Below are positions 23,935 to 33,763 of a stretch of 53,937 nt of DNA, piece after piece (the first letter of the stretch is position 1; each line of letters begins with the position of its first letter). Origin of the DNA: Alphaproteobacteria bacterium (GTDB taxonomy: Bacteria; Pseudomonadota; Alphaproteobacteria; GCA-2746255); assembly GCA_021776275.1 (NCBI GenBank), contig JAJFGH010000074.1:1-53937 (forward strand), read 5' to 3'. Made by a program: the position numbers and the translations under genes. The notes below the pieces were generated by a model. It was not told the DNA's origin. It saw nothing but the letters and a program-made list of their open reading frames with translations, and did not search any database.

Positions 23935-24199
23935 TGTGCTATCTAGCAAACGGTCGTTTAACGCGCCCCTGCGAGGGCGAACGACGACATGGTCGCGGCC
24001 TTGAGCATGGCGTGGTTCGGGGTGATGCACTGCTCGGGCTCACTCGGCCCGCCGAGGGAGGTCAATTGGTAGACGGAGATTTACACGAAGGAAACCAACA
24101 CCTTCCTCGGTATCTAAAAGGGAGTTAGTTAGCGACAAGTCTACTACAAGTTGGCTATAATCCAATTCTGCGACAAATGTGCGCAAAGGAGGATAAGAG

Positions 24200-24847
24200 T
24201 TGGATACGAACGTCCCATATATGCCGTCGGTGACCAACCTCCAGAAAATCTTGGACGCAATCCAAAAGGCTGGCGTTCCTGAAGTTTTTAATCTCGACTT
24301 TTTGAAGGACTTAGGATTTACGAGTTCCAATGATCGACCAGTAATCAAGGTCTTGAAATATCTCGGTATGCTAGACCCTTCAGGGCACCCGCAGACTGCT
24401 TACCGTGAGTTTGTTGACCATACTAAGGCAAAGGGAGTGCTCGCAGGGCGCATACGCGCCGCCTTCGACGACCTTTACCTCAGCGACAAGGATGCTCACA
24501 ACAAATCTGCAGAACAGCTTAAAGGCTGGTTCAAAACCAAAACAGGTGCAAGTGATTCTGTCGCGAAAAAGATGGCAACGCAGTTCAAATCACTTGCAGC
24601 CTACGCTGATTTCACAGCCGCCCTGGATGCTGAACCCAAAACCCCAGAGGCGGAGCCTGAAAAGAAAGATAAAATTGAGCCAGAAAAAAACGATAAGGAG
24701 AAGCCAACGGATTTACCGCCGCCTCCCATATCTGACATGAAGGGTTTGGGCTTTGTTTATCGGCTGGAAATTCATCTTCCTGACACGCAGAATGTGGAAA
24801 CGTTTCGCGCGATTTTCCGTGCTCTGCGAGAAGAGCTCATGCCGTGA
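24200..24847 (+). CDS. DUF5343-like protein
   Basis: TTG start after an AAGGAGGA ribosome-binding site. The N-terminal VPYMPSVTNLQKILDAIQKAGVPEVFNLDFLKDLGFTSSNDRPVIKVLKYLGMLD pattern matches my recollection of DUF5343. Acidic/Lys-rich linker. Confidence 0.65.
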   Translation: MDTNVPYMPSVTNLQKILDAIQKAGVPEVFNLDFLKDLGFTSSNDRPVIKVLKYLGMLDPSGHPQTAYREFVDHTKAKGVLAGRIRAAFDDLYLSDKDAHNKSAEQLKGWFKTKTGASDSVAKKMATQFKSLAAYADFTAALDAEPKTPEAEPEKKDKIEPEKNDKEKPTDLPPPPISDMKGLGFVYRLEIHLPDTQNVETFRAIFRALREELMP

Positions 24848-25419
24848 AATCACAGATAAACGATTTTGTCTTCACCGGGGTCCTGGCTTCACACTGCATC
24901 CGTGACCTGCAAGCTAAAGGTCTCCTCCGAACGCCAGCGGTAACACCTGACGAACGGCGCGAACAAGATTTGTTCGCACCGGTCCCGGAAAGTATCCGCG
25001 GCGGCTCCATTCAGATGCAGCGCTGGTATCGAATGCTATTTGTATTTGAGAATCTCGTGCGAGACTTCATTATTACTCGCTTAAAGGAACTAGACGGAGA
25101 AGGTTGGTTTGAAAAACGTGCATCAAGCCAGATGAAGAAAAAAGTCGAGGATCGGGAGAAGAATGAGGAAAAAAATCAATGGCATATCGGTAGAAATAAG
25201 CAGCCTATTTTCTATCTGGATTTCGGCGACCTTGGGCTCCTTATCACCAACCACTGGAACGTTTTCAACGATTTCTTCGATAATCAAGCTTGGGTCATTA
25301 GCCGCATTCAGGATGCAGAGCGGACGAGAAATGTTATCGCGCACACGAATCTCCTGTCCTCTGAAGAAGGAGAACGTCTCGAAATGTATTTACGAGACTT
25401 CTTAAGGCAGATCGGTTGA
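24844..25419 (+). CDS. Swt1-like HEPN domain protein (putative RNase)
   Basis: GTGA overlap with the upstream gene. Rx4H motif RNVIAH at nt 25327-25344, with an upstream helix FENLVRDFI typical of HEPN. Confidence 0.7.
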   Translation: MKSQINDFVFTGVLASHCIRDLQAKGLLRTPAVTPDERREQDLFAPVPESIRGGSIQMQRWYRMLFVFENLVRDFIITRLKELDGEGWFEKRASSQMKKKVEDREKNEEKNQWHIGRNKQPIFYLDFGDLGLLITNHWNVFNDFFDNQAWVISRIQDAERTRNVIAHTNLLSSEEGERLEMYLRDFLRQIG

Positions 25420-25476
25420 GGCCAAAGACACAGCATCGTGCGCTCGGCCCTACACGCCGGGACCAGTATCAGAGCG

Positions 25477-26022
25477 ATGGATGATCCCGCGACATGGAAG
25501 GACCTAATTCCGGTTATCAGCGTGATGACCGCACTGGTAGCAGTCATCGTTTCGCCACTCGTGAGCTGGATGATCGCCAGACGCCAACTCGACATCGTCA
25601 AACACCAGATTTCTTCTTCAAATGTTTCCTCTAAGAGGCAAGTCTGGATAGACGAGTTGCGGCAGGACATCGCCGAGGCTCTAGCCCTAATGTCTCGAAT
25701 TGAAGAACTTAAAAGACCAAGCCCCAACCTTAATGAAAATGAGCATCTAGAGGTTTTTGATCGGAGAATGGAAGCCGAGTTACGTGCTACCGAACTCCTG
25801 ATGCGGATCAGGCTGCGGCTTAACCCAAATGAGCAGGTACACAACGACTTGGTGAGTGCGTTTCAAGAGGTTGCGCTCGCGGCCCCTGATCCAAAGCCGG
25901 GTGAGACGGAAGAAGACCGACACAGGTTGCAGGCAGGGTTTAAATCTGCCCGCGACAAAGCCCTTGGGATCACGCAAACGATTCTGAAGAATGAGTGGAA
26001 CCGCGTACGACGCGGCGAATAG
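25477..26022 (+). CDS. Small membrane-anchored hypothetical protein
   Basis: ORF 25438..26022. The likely start is MDDPATW at 25477. One N-terminal TM helix (LIPVISVMTALVAVIVSPLVSWMIA), then a helical, charged region. Confidence 0.55.
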   Translation: MDDPATWKDLIPVISVMTALVAVIVSPLVSWMIARRQLDIVKHQISSSNVSSKRQVWIDELRQDIAEALALMSRIEELKRPSPNLNENEHLEVFDRRMEAELRATELLMRIRLRLNPNEQVHNDLVSAFQEVALAAPDPKPGETEEDRHRLQAGFKSARDKALGITQTILKNEWNRVRRGE

Positions 26023-26084
26023 CACGAGAGACCCGTCTACTTTTCTAGTGCGTAGTAGGGAGAAGCATCAAAGGTCAAATTAAA

Positions 26085-26115
26085 TGGGGTCAGAACGATG
26101 TGCCGTTCTGACCCC
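26085..26115. terminator. 12-bp hairpin just downstream of the tRNA-Lys 3' end (likely tRNA terminator on the minus strand)
   Basis: GGGGTCAGAACG-ATGTTGC-CGTTCTGACCCC. On the minus strand it is followed by ATTTAATTT. Confidence 0.5.
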
Positions 26116-26125
26116 TTCGAGGAAT

Positions 26126-26410
26126 TGGTGGGCGATGCAGGGCTCGAACCTGCGACCCGCTGATTACTCCACCACTACGGCTTTCGCCGCCCCTTTCGGG
26201 TTTGTGGCCCGGACTATCCCATCACCATATCCCGGAGGATGTAGGTGGGTGCCGTCTAGTCTCTACACCTTCCCCTTGCGGGGCTTGGCTCGGGATTGCC
26301 AACGTCCATGGACGGAAGGGTTCCCCGAATTTGACACCTGTTCACCGCGCCGTTTCCAACGCGGGCTCCCAATCGAGAGTCAGCTGCTCTACCAACTGAG
26401 CTAATCGCCC
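26126..26410 (-). tRNA. tRNA-Lys(CUU) interrupted by a 209-nt group I intron in the anticodon loop
   Basis: 5' exon 26376-26410: GGGCGATTAGCTCAGTTGGTAGAGCAGCTGACTCT (positions 1-35). 3' exon 26126-26166: TAATCAGCGGGTCGCAGGTTCGAGCCCTGCATCGCCCACCA. Spliced, this gives a 76-nt cloverleaf with anticodon loop CUCUUAA. Confidence 0.9.
26167..26375 (-). ncRNA. Group I (IC3, Azoarcus-like) self-splicing intron
   Basis: Contains GGTGTCAAATTCGGGGAACCC, TTGGCAATCCCGAGCCAAGCC and GGAAGGTGTAGAGACTAGACGGCACCCACCTA, which closely match the Azoarcus tRNA-Ile intron core as I remember it. P1 is exon CUCU paired to GGAG with a U.G wobble at the splice site. P10 is GAUU paired to exon AAUC. The intron ends in G. 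Confidence 0.85.
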
Positions 26411-26530
26411 TTAGTGATTCCCCCGTTTAACCTCAACATCAATAAGCGAAAAGTCATCAAAATGCCATCAAAATCTTAGCTAAATAACGACTAACCTATT
26501 GTTTTTACTACAGTTACAGCCGACACACCA

Positions 26531-26573
26531 TCTGATTAAGAGTCAGCTGCTCTACCAACTGAGCTATGCGCCC
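26531..26573 (-). pseudogene. tRNA-Lys(CUU) 5' fragment (acceptor 5' strand, D-arm, anticodon arm; no T-arm)
   Basis: The reverse complement reads GGGCGCATAGCTCAGTTGGTAGAGCAGCTGACTCTTAATCAGA. It is followed by non-tRNA sequence (TGGTGTGTCGGCTGTAAC...). Confidence 0.6.
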
Positions 26574-26647
26574 CAAGGGGGAAGCCCCTATAGCAAAGCC
26601 CGCCCGTCTTGTCGATAGGCCAGCGAAATCCGACCGCCTGAAGGCCT

Positions 26648-27799
26648 TTAAAGGTCGTCCACGCCGCCCCGGCGGCTTAGCCGCACGTCGCGATGAACGT
26701 GGATGCTCATCAACAAGCCGAAGGCGAACAGCAGCGTCAAAAGCGCCGTGCCCCCGTAGGAGATCAACGGAAGCGGCACCCCGACCACCGGGATAAGGCC
26801 GGTCACCATGGCGATGTTGATGAAGAAATAGAGCGCGAAGGTGACGGTGATGCCCATGCCCAGCAGGCGCCCGAACTGGTTGCGGCAGTGAAGGCTGATC
26901 AAGAACCCGCAAAGGACAAGCAGCACATAAAGCGTCAGCAGAAGCAGGCCGCCCGCGATGCCGAATTCTTCCGCCAGCATCGTGAAAATGAAATCCGTCT
27001 GTTTTTCCGGCAAAAAATTCAGATGGGCCTGGGTTCCCTGAAGAAACCCTTTTCCTATAAGCCCGCCGGAACCAAGGGCAATTTGCGATTGCAGAATATG
27101 ATACCCGGAGCCTAGCGGATCGCTTTCGGGATCCAGGAAAACAAGAATGCGGCGCTTCTGGTAGTCGTGCAAACCCATCCAGAGAAGCGGCATCGCCGCA
27201 AGGACGCCGCCGATCAGCAGGGCAAATTTCCAGATGCGCACGCCTGCCAGGAAAAACACCGAAAGGCCCCCGATGATCAGCATCAGCGCGGTTCCCAAAT
27301 CCGGCTGCCGAAGGACCAGCAGCGCCGGCAAGGCAAGCAAGGCGAGCGGCGGCAACAGAAAGGCCGGGCGGACAACATCTTCCAGGCTGGCCCCATGGAA
27401 GTAACGGGCAAGGGCCAGCACCAGCGTCATCTTCACGACTTCGGAAGGCTGGATCTGAAAATAGCCAAGGTCCAGCCAGCGCTGTGCGCCCATTCCAACG
27501 ATGCCGGCAAACTCGACCGCAATTAGGAGCAAAAGGGAAATGCCATAGATCGTATAAGCATGATGCAGCCAAAAACGAATGTCCGTAAGCCCAACGGCAA
27601 GGAGAACGGCAAGCCCAACGGCAAAGCGGATCGCTTGCTGGCCCGCCCAAGGCGTAAGGCTTGCATTGCCGGCGGAATAAAGCATGGCAATGCCGATCGC
27701 TGCGATCAGGAAGAGAAGAAAAAGCATCCCCCAATGGAGCTGGCGGATCTTGTCGCCAAAACGAAGGGTATCGCCGTGATAATCGCTTGCTTCGATCAT
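26648..27799 (-). CDS. rodA: Rod shape-determining protein RodA (SEDS glycosyltransferase)
   Basis: 383 aa polytopic FtsW/RodA/SpoVE family sequence. Downstream of mrdA with a 4-nt overlap. Confidence 0.95.
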   Translation of the reverse strand: MIEASDYHGDTLRFGDKIRQLHWGMLFLLFLIAAIGIAMLYSAGNASLTPWAGQQAIRFAVGLAVLLAVGLTDIRFWLHHAYTIYGISLLLLIAVEFAGIVGMGAQRWLDLGYFQIQPSEVVKMTLVLALARYFHGASLEDVVRPAFLLPPLALLALPALLVLRQPDLGTALMLIIGGLSVFFLAGVRIWKFALLIGGVLAAMPLLWMGLHDYQKRRILVFLDPESDPLGSGYHILQSQIALGSGGLIGKGFLQGTQAHLNFLPEKQTDFIFTMLAEEFGIAGGLLLLTLYVLLVLCGFLISLHCRNQFGRLLGMGITVTFALYFFINIAMVTGLIPVVGVPLPLISYGGTALLTLLFAFGLLMSIHVHRDVRLSRRGGVDDL

Positions 27800-29655
27800 G
27801 ACGCCACCGGATTCTTACGCGCGGCCTTCGATGGCTGTCTTCGCTGAATCTCAAGCAAGAGGTCCCTCGCAATGGGGGCGGCGGCGGCCGAGCCGCTGCC
27901 GCCATGCTCGACGATGACCGAGATGGCGTATTTCGGGGCGCTCAACGGCGCAAAGCCAACGAAAAGCGCGTGGTCGCGTTCCTGCCAGGGGCGGTCCCGG
28001 TTCTTGAGGACCCCCTCTTTTCGCTCCCGGTCCGAAATGCGCATCACCTGAGACGTACCCGTCTTGCCGCCCATGGCCATGGCCTTGTCGTGAATACGGG
28101 CGCCAAAGGCCGTGCCTTTGGGCTCGCTCGTCACCGCAATCATTGCCTGGCGGATACGCGAAAGCGTGGACTGGCGAATGCCAAGCGGCTTGAAGGTCGC
28201 CGGCGGCCGGTCGGCAACGCTTTCCGGCTGCACAAGTTCTTGGGTTAGATGGGGAAACACTTCGTAGCCGCCGTTCACCAGCCGGGACGTCATCACGGCA
28301 AGCTGCAAGGGGGTGGCCAGGGCATAGCCTTGACCGATCCCGGTGACCAGGGTTTCGCCCCCCTGCCAGGGCGCGCCGAAGGTCGCCATTTTCCAATCGG
28401 GGTCCGGCACAAGCCCAGTTTGCTCGCCCGCCAGATCCGGGATCAGGGATTGGCCCAGGCCAAACCGGCGCGACATCTCGGCCATCCGCTCGATGCCGCA
28501 ACGCCGGGAAAGCTCGTAAAAATAGACATCGCAGGATTGCTGGATTGCCTCATGAAGCCCCACCAGGCCATGGCCTTCCCGTTTCCAGCAATGGAAGCGG
28601 TCCCCGCCCAGCTCGACGTAGCCTTTGCAAAAAACCTTTTTCTGCTGCGAGACCAGACCGGCTTCAAGGCCGGCGGCCGCGACCATCATCTTGTAGGTCG
28701 AACCGGGAGCATATTGGCCGGCGATGCATTTGTTCGTCAGAGGCGCGCGCCGATCCGAAAGCAAATTTTTCCAGCTTTCCTCACTCAAGCCCGTTACGAA
28801 TGCGTTCGGATCGAATGCCGGCGTCGAAATCATCAGAAGCACTTCGCCGGTGTGCACATCCATCGCAACGCAGCCGCCGCTTTTGCGCTCAAATCGTTTG
28901 CTCGCAAATTGCTGCAAATCGGAATCCAGCGTCAGCGCCACCTGGTGGCCGGGCTTTCCTTCTTCGCGCGAAAGTTCCCGCACAACGCGCCCAACCGCAT
29001 TCACCTCCATTTGGCTGCTGCCCGCCTTGCCGCGAAGCGCCAAATCGTAAATCTTCTCGATGCCGCTTTTGCCGATGCGAAAATCGGGGAGTTGAAGCAA
29101 CGGATCTTCCGTAAGTTCTTTTTCCGTAACCGCTGCCACATAGCCAATGACATGTGCCGCTGCAGCACCCAGCGGGTAATGGCGGCTTTGGCCAACGTCG
29201 ATCAGCACGCCGGGCAAATCCGGCGTGTTCACTTCGACACGCGAAACCTCTTCCCAATCCAGATTTTCCTGCACCATGACCGGGACAAAACCGCGCTTGC
29301 GCTTCATTTCATGGAGAATTCGCCGCCGCTCCGCAGCCCCAATCGGCAAGATAGCGCCAAGACGATCCAAGGTTTCTTCAATATCCAGCGTCTGCTCCGG
29401 AACCATGACAACGCGGTAGTTCTTCCGGTTTCTTGCGATCGGTGTCCCGTTGCGGTCAACAATCGGGCCTCGTGACGGCTGAATTAAACGAAGATTGATC
29501 CGGTTTTCTTCCGCCAAGGTGACGTACCGGTCCGATTCGAGAACCTGCAAATAATAGAGGCGGCCGATCAGCGCCGAGACCAGCGCCATTTTCCCGCCCG
29601 CCAGAATCGCGGCCCGGCGGCTGAAGACGCGGTAACGGTCGCCTTCCCGATACAT
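27796..29655 (-). CDS. mrdA: Penicillin-binding protein 2 (peptidoglycan D,D-transpeptidase MrdA)
   Basis: PBP dimerisation and transpeptidase motifs (SxxK context GSTYK, KTGT). Start chosen at MYREGD (29655), giving a TAATG overlap with mreD. Confidence 0.93.
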   Translation of the reverse strand: MYREGDRYRVFSRRAAILAGGKMALVSALIGRLYYLQVLESDRYVTLAEENRINLRLIQPSRGPIVDRNGTPIARNRKNYRVVMVPEQTLDIEETLDRLGAILPIGAAERRRILHEMKRKRGFVPVMVQENLDWEEVSRVEVNTPDLPGVLIDVGQSRHYPLGAAAAHVIGYVAAVTEKELTEDPLLQLPDFRIGKSGIEKIYDLALRGKAGSSQMEVNAVGRVVRELSREEGKPGHQVALTLDSDLQQFASKRFERKSGGCVAMDVHTGEVLLMISTPAFDPNAFVTGLSEESWKNLLSDRRAPLTNKCIAGQYAPGSTYKMMVAAAGLEAGLVSQQKKVFCKGYVELGGDRFHCWKREGHGLVGLHEAIQQSCDVYFYELSRRCGIERMAEMSRRFGLGQSLIPDLAGEQTGLVPDPDWKMATFGAPWQGGETLVTGIGQGYALATPLQLAVMTSRLVNGGYEVFPHLTQELVQPESVADRPPATFKPLGIRQSTLSRIRQAMIAVTSEPKGTAFGARIHDKAMAMGGKTGTSQVMRISDRERKEGVLKNRDRPWQERDHALFVGFAPLSAPKYAISVIVEHGGSGSAAAAPIARDLLLEIQRRQPSKAARKNPVAS

Positions 29656-30170
29656 TAGGCTTGCCGAAGGATGGTCTTCTGGGTCCGGGCATAGACCCAG
29701 GCAAGGCATGGATAAAGGGCAATGGTGAGAAAATACTGGAAGACCCCCGGGCTGGGATCCCGGATCGTCCAGTCAAGCAGCGACAACGCCGCCCATTGAA
29801 GGATGGCCGCGCCCGCCGCCACCACCATGAAGCTTGCCCACGCGACGGAGAAGGATTCGTGCAGCAAATAACGGCGCTGTGAAACGACCGTTCCGTAGAC
29901 GAGCAGAAGAATGCCGGCGTTCAAACCGATCGGCGCACCGGAAAGCAGATCCAGCGCAAGGCCAATAAAAAACACCACCGGCGCCGGCAACAGGTCGGAA
30001 CGGTACAGCCCCCAATAATAGACCGCCGTCAACGGCAGCATGGGGACGATCGCCGCATAAGCGGGCACATGAAACGGGATCACGGTAAGAAACAAAAGGA
30101 CGACGGCGCTTAAGAACGGCGCCAGATTGCGCACATATTGGTTCAAGCGATACCAAAAGGGGGCCGTCAT
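29655..30170 (-). CDS. mreD: Rod shape-determining protein MreD
   Basis: 171-aa hydrophobic protein between mreC and mrdA. ATGA overlap with mreC. Confidence 0.85.
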   Translation of the reverse strand: MTAPFWYRLNQYVRNLAPFLSAVVLLFLTVIPFHVPAYAAIVPMLPLTAVYYWGLYRSDLLPAPVVFFIGLALDLLSGAPIGLNAGILLLVYGTVVSQRRYLLHESFSVAWASFMVVAAGAAILQWAALSLLDWTIRDPSPGVFQYFLTIALYPCLAWVYARTQKTILRQA

Positions 30171-31057
30171 TTGCGCAATATCTCTTTCGTTTGGGAATCC
30201 CCAAGCAAGTCCGGAAGCGCCCCTTTCAGGCCGTAATTGACGATGCGCACAAATTCGAGACGGTTCCAGGTCACAAAAGGCTGAATGCGAATCCCATCCT
30301 CTCCGACGGAACCCACCGTACCGATTGGCAAACCGGGCGGAAAAACCCCGCCATGGCCGGACGTGACGATGCGATCCCCTTGTGCAACGGCGGCCGTCGA
30401 CGGCAAGTAGCGCAGGCGCGGATGGCGGGTGTTGTCACCGGCTAGGATCGCCTTTTCCCGTGAGGATTCCACCAGTACGGGAATACGCGAATTCCAGTCC
30501 GTGATCAGAAGCACACGAGACGCGCGATTTCCAAGTTGCGCAATCCGGCCGACGACCCCTTCGCCATTGATCACCGGGTCGCCCCTTTTTACCCCTTCGT
30601 GCCTTCCAGCATCGATAAGAACGCTGCGAACGAAGGCATTGCCTGAATCCGCAATCGTGCGCGCCGCGACAAAGTGGACCGGGGCATCTGGCACGAGATT
30701 CAAAAGCGCACGCAGGCTCTCGTTTTCGCTTGCAAGCCGTTCCGCCGTCAATTTGGATTGCTGCAAGCTCGCGACCGTAGCGCGCAGACTCTGATTTTCC
30801 TCACGCAGCGTCGCCAGATCCGATATTTCGCCAAGCAGGGCCCGGCTTGCCACCACCGGACGGGAGATAAGGTCCACGATCGGCGCCGCAAAATCCGTGA
30901 CGTTGGCGCGCAGCCGTTCCGCAAAGGAAGTTTCCAGCCGCCCGATCACCATCAGGACCAGGGTTGCCGCAACCAAAAGCAAAAACGGGAAGCGGTGGGC
31001 AAACAATCTCACCGGCGTCGTGAGACGCAGGAACGATCCAGCGCGCAATCTTGCCAT
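30167..31057 (-). CDS. mreC: Rod shape-determining protein MreC
   Basis: 296 aa with an N-terminal TM, a coiled-coil, and MreC beta-barrel motifs (VVGRI..., GGVFPPGLPIG). Confidence 0.9.
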   Translation of the reverse strand: MARLRAGSFLRLTTPVRLFAHRFPFLLLVAATLVLMVIGRLETSFAERLRANVTDFAAPIVDLISRPVVASRALLGEISDLATLREENQSLRATVASLQQSKLTAERLASENESLRALLNLVPDAPVHFVAARTIADSGNAFVRSVLIDAGRHEGVKRGDPVINGEGVVGRIAQLGNRASRVLLITDWNSRIPVLVESSREKAILAGDNTRHPRLRYLPSTAAVAQGDRIVTSGHGGVFPPGLPIGTVGSVGEDGIRIQPFVTWNRLEFVRIVNYGLKGALPDLLGDSQTKEILRK

Positions 31058-31101
31058 CCCCCTTCTCCTTGAACCTCCGGCCTAGCTGAAAGCGAAACCC
31101 G

Positions 31102-32148
<1,047 letters not shown>

Positions 32149-32209
32149 TCACCTTGATTTCGGTTGCGCGGCAAAGGGCGACGTTCGCACCCTTTTCCAC
32201 AATGCGTTC

Positions 32210-33763
32210 TTAGGCCGTGAGAGCCGCCGGTGCGGTCTTCTCCCGTTTGACGAGCAATTTATTCAACGCGTTGATATAGGCCCGCGCAGAAGCCACCAGC
32301 GTGTCGGTGTTTGCCCCCTGGCCGTTCACCGTCTTCCCGTTTTCCTCAAGCCGAACCGTGACTTCCGCCTGCGCGTCTGTCCCTTCCGTCACCGCATGCA
32401 CCTGGTAAAGCTGCAAACGTGCGTCATGGGGGAACAGCTCGCGAATCGCATTGAAGGTCGCGTCGACCGGCCCGTCGCCGGATGCCGTCGTCTTGCGCGT
32501 TTCGCCGTCGATCTCAAGTTCTAGATCTGCCGTCTGCGGCCCGGTCGAACCGCACACTACCCGCAACTCCCCAAATTTGATCCGATTGTTTACCTGCATC
32601 AGCGCGTCATCCACGAGCGCGACGATATCCTCGTCGTAGAGGTCCTTTTTTTTATCGGCGAGGTCTTTGAACCGCCGGAAGGCGTCCTCGATGGCGTTGT
32701 CGCCCAGCTCATAGCCAAGATCTTTCAACTTCACCCGGAAGGCGTGGCGGCCGGAATGCTTCCCCATCACCAGTTTCGACTGGGTCAGGCCAACGGATTC
32801 CGGCGTCATGATTTCATACGTACCGGCATGTTTCAGCATGCCATCCTGATGAATGCCGGATTCATGGGCGAACGCATTTGCCCCGACAACGGCCTTGTTC
32901 GGCTGGACCGTAAAGCCGGTGATCGTCGAAACAAGCCGCGAGATCTTCGAGATGTTCTCCGTCTTGACCCCGGTTTGATAGGCAAGCACGTCCGCACGCG
33001 TGCGAAGCGCCATCACGATCTCTTCCATCGCCGCATTGCCGGCGCGCTCGCCGAGACCGTTCACCGTGCATTCAACCTGGCGCGCTCCCGCCTCGATCGC
33101 CGCGATCGAATTCGCGACCGCCAGGCCTAGATCGTTGTGGCAATGCACCGAGAGGGTGGCCTTGTCGATGTTCGGCACCCGATTGCGAATGGACGCGATC
33201 AAATCGGCAAATTCATCCGGCACCGCATAGCCGACCGTGTCCGGAACGTTGATGGTTGTCGCCCCGGCCTTGATCGCACTTTCGATGCAGCGGTATAGAA
33301 AATCCCGCTCGCTTCGCGATCCGTCCTCACAAGACCATTCGACATCGTCGGTAAAATTCCGCGCATGGGAAACGCTGTCGATCACCGCTTCATGAACGGC
33401 ATCCGGCTCCATTTGCAATTTGTATTTCATATGGAGCGGGCTGGTCGAAATAAACGTATGGATACGCTTGCGTTTGGCCGGCCTCAGCGCCTCCGCCGCC
33501 CGCTCGATGTCTTCACGGCCCGAACGCGCGAGCCCGCAGATGACAGGCCCCTTGACCGTCTTCGCAATCTCGTGCACGGCTTCGAAATCGCCCTTCGAGG
33601 CAATTGGAAAACCGGCCTCGATCACATCGACGCCAAGATCTGCCAAAGCTTGCGCGATCCGCAATTTTTCTTCGAGATTCATCGACGCGCCGGGCGATTG
33701 CTCGCCATCGCGCAAGGTCGTATCAAAAATAATGACTCGGTTTTTATCCGTGCTTTTACTCAT
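32210..33763 (-). CDS. leuA: 2-isopropylmalate synthase
   Basis: 517 aa. [26 protein letters not shown] and a C-terminal LeuA dimerisation domain. Confidence 0.95.
   Translation of the reverse strand: MSKSTDKNRVIIFDTTLRDGEQSPGASMNLEEKLRIAQALADLGVDVIEAGFPIASKGDFEAVHEIAKTVKGPVICGLARSGREDIERAAEALRPAKRKRIHTFISTSPLHMKYKLQMEPDAVHEAVIDSVSHARNFTDDVEWSCEDGSRSERDFLYRCIESAIKAGATTINVPDTVGYAVPDEFADLIASIRNRVPNIDKATLSVHCHNDLGLAVANSIAAIEAGARQVECTVNGLGERAGNAAMEEIVMALRTRADVLAYQTGVKTENISKISRLVSTITGFTVQPNKAVVGANAFAHESGIHQDGMLKHAGTYEIMTPESVGLTQSKLVMGKHSGRHAFRVKLKDLGYELGDNAIEDAFRRFKDLADKKKDLYDEDIVALVDDALMQVNNRIKFGELRVVCGSTGPQTADLELEIDGETRKTTASGDGPVDATFNAIRELFPHDARLQLYQVHAVTEGTDAQAEVTVRLEENGKTVNGQGANTDTLVASARAYINALNKLLVKREKTAPAALTA

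Larger units (their letters stand above)
23885..26573. mobile_element. AT-richer 2.6-kb islet bounded by the two halves of a disrupted tRNA-Lys(CUU) gene (integrase-less remnant island)
   Basis: A 3' tRNA fragment sits at the left edge and the matching 5' fragment at the right edge. Their acceptor strands GGGCGCA / TGCGCCC are complementary. They share an imperfect 15-nt direct repeat, CTGAC(T/G)CTT(A/G)ATCAG. Sampled 60-nt lines in the interior have 38-52% GC versus about 65% in the flanks. Confidence 0.55.

Noticed and set aside
23885-23968. Possible full-length 84-nt tRNA at the left islet border (GGGCGCG...TGCGCCCACCA)
   Set aside because: An acceptor-like pairing can be drawn, but there is no D-arm, the region between is too long, and the anticodon loop CGCUUGA lacks the universal U33. 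I treat it as a decayed fragment rather than a functional gene.
26084-26404. ORFs 26084..26404 and 26202..26399 (+)
   Set aside because: They lie entirely within the intron-containing tRNA-Lys gene on the opposite strand. The sequence is explained by the group I intron RNA.
26514-27905. 463-aa minus-strand ORF overlapping rodA in another frame and running over the tRNA fragment
   Set aside because: The RodA frame (26648..27799) has a clear SEDS-family sequence. The alternative frame is Arg/Pro-rich with no motifs.
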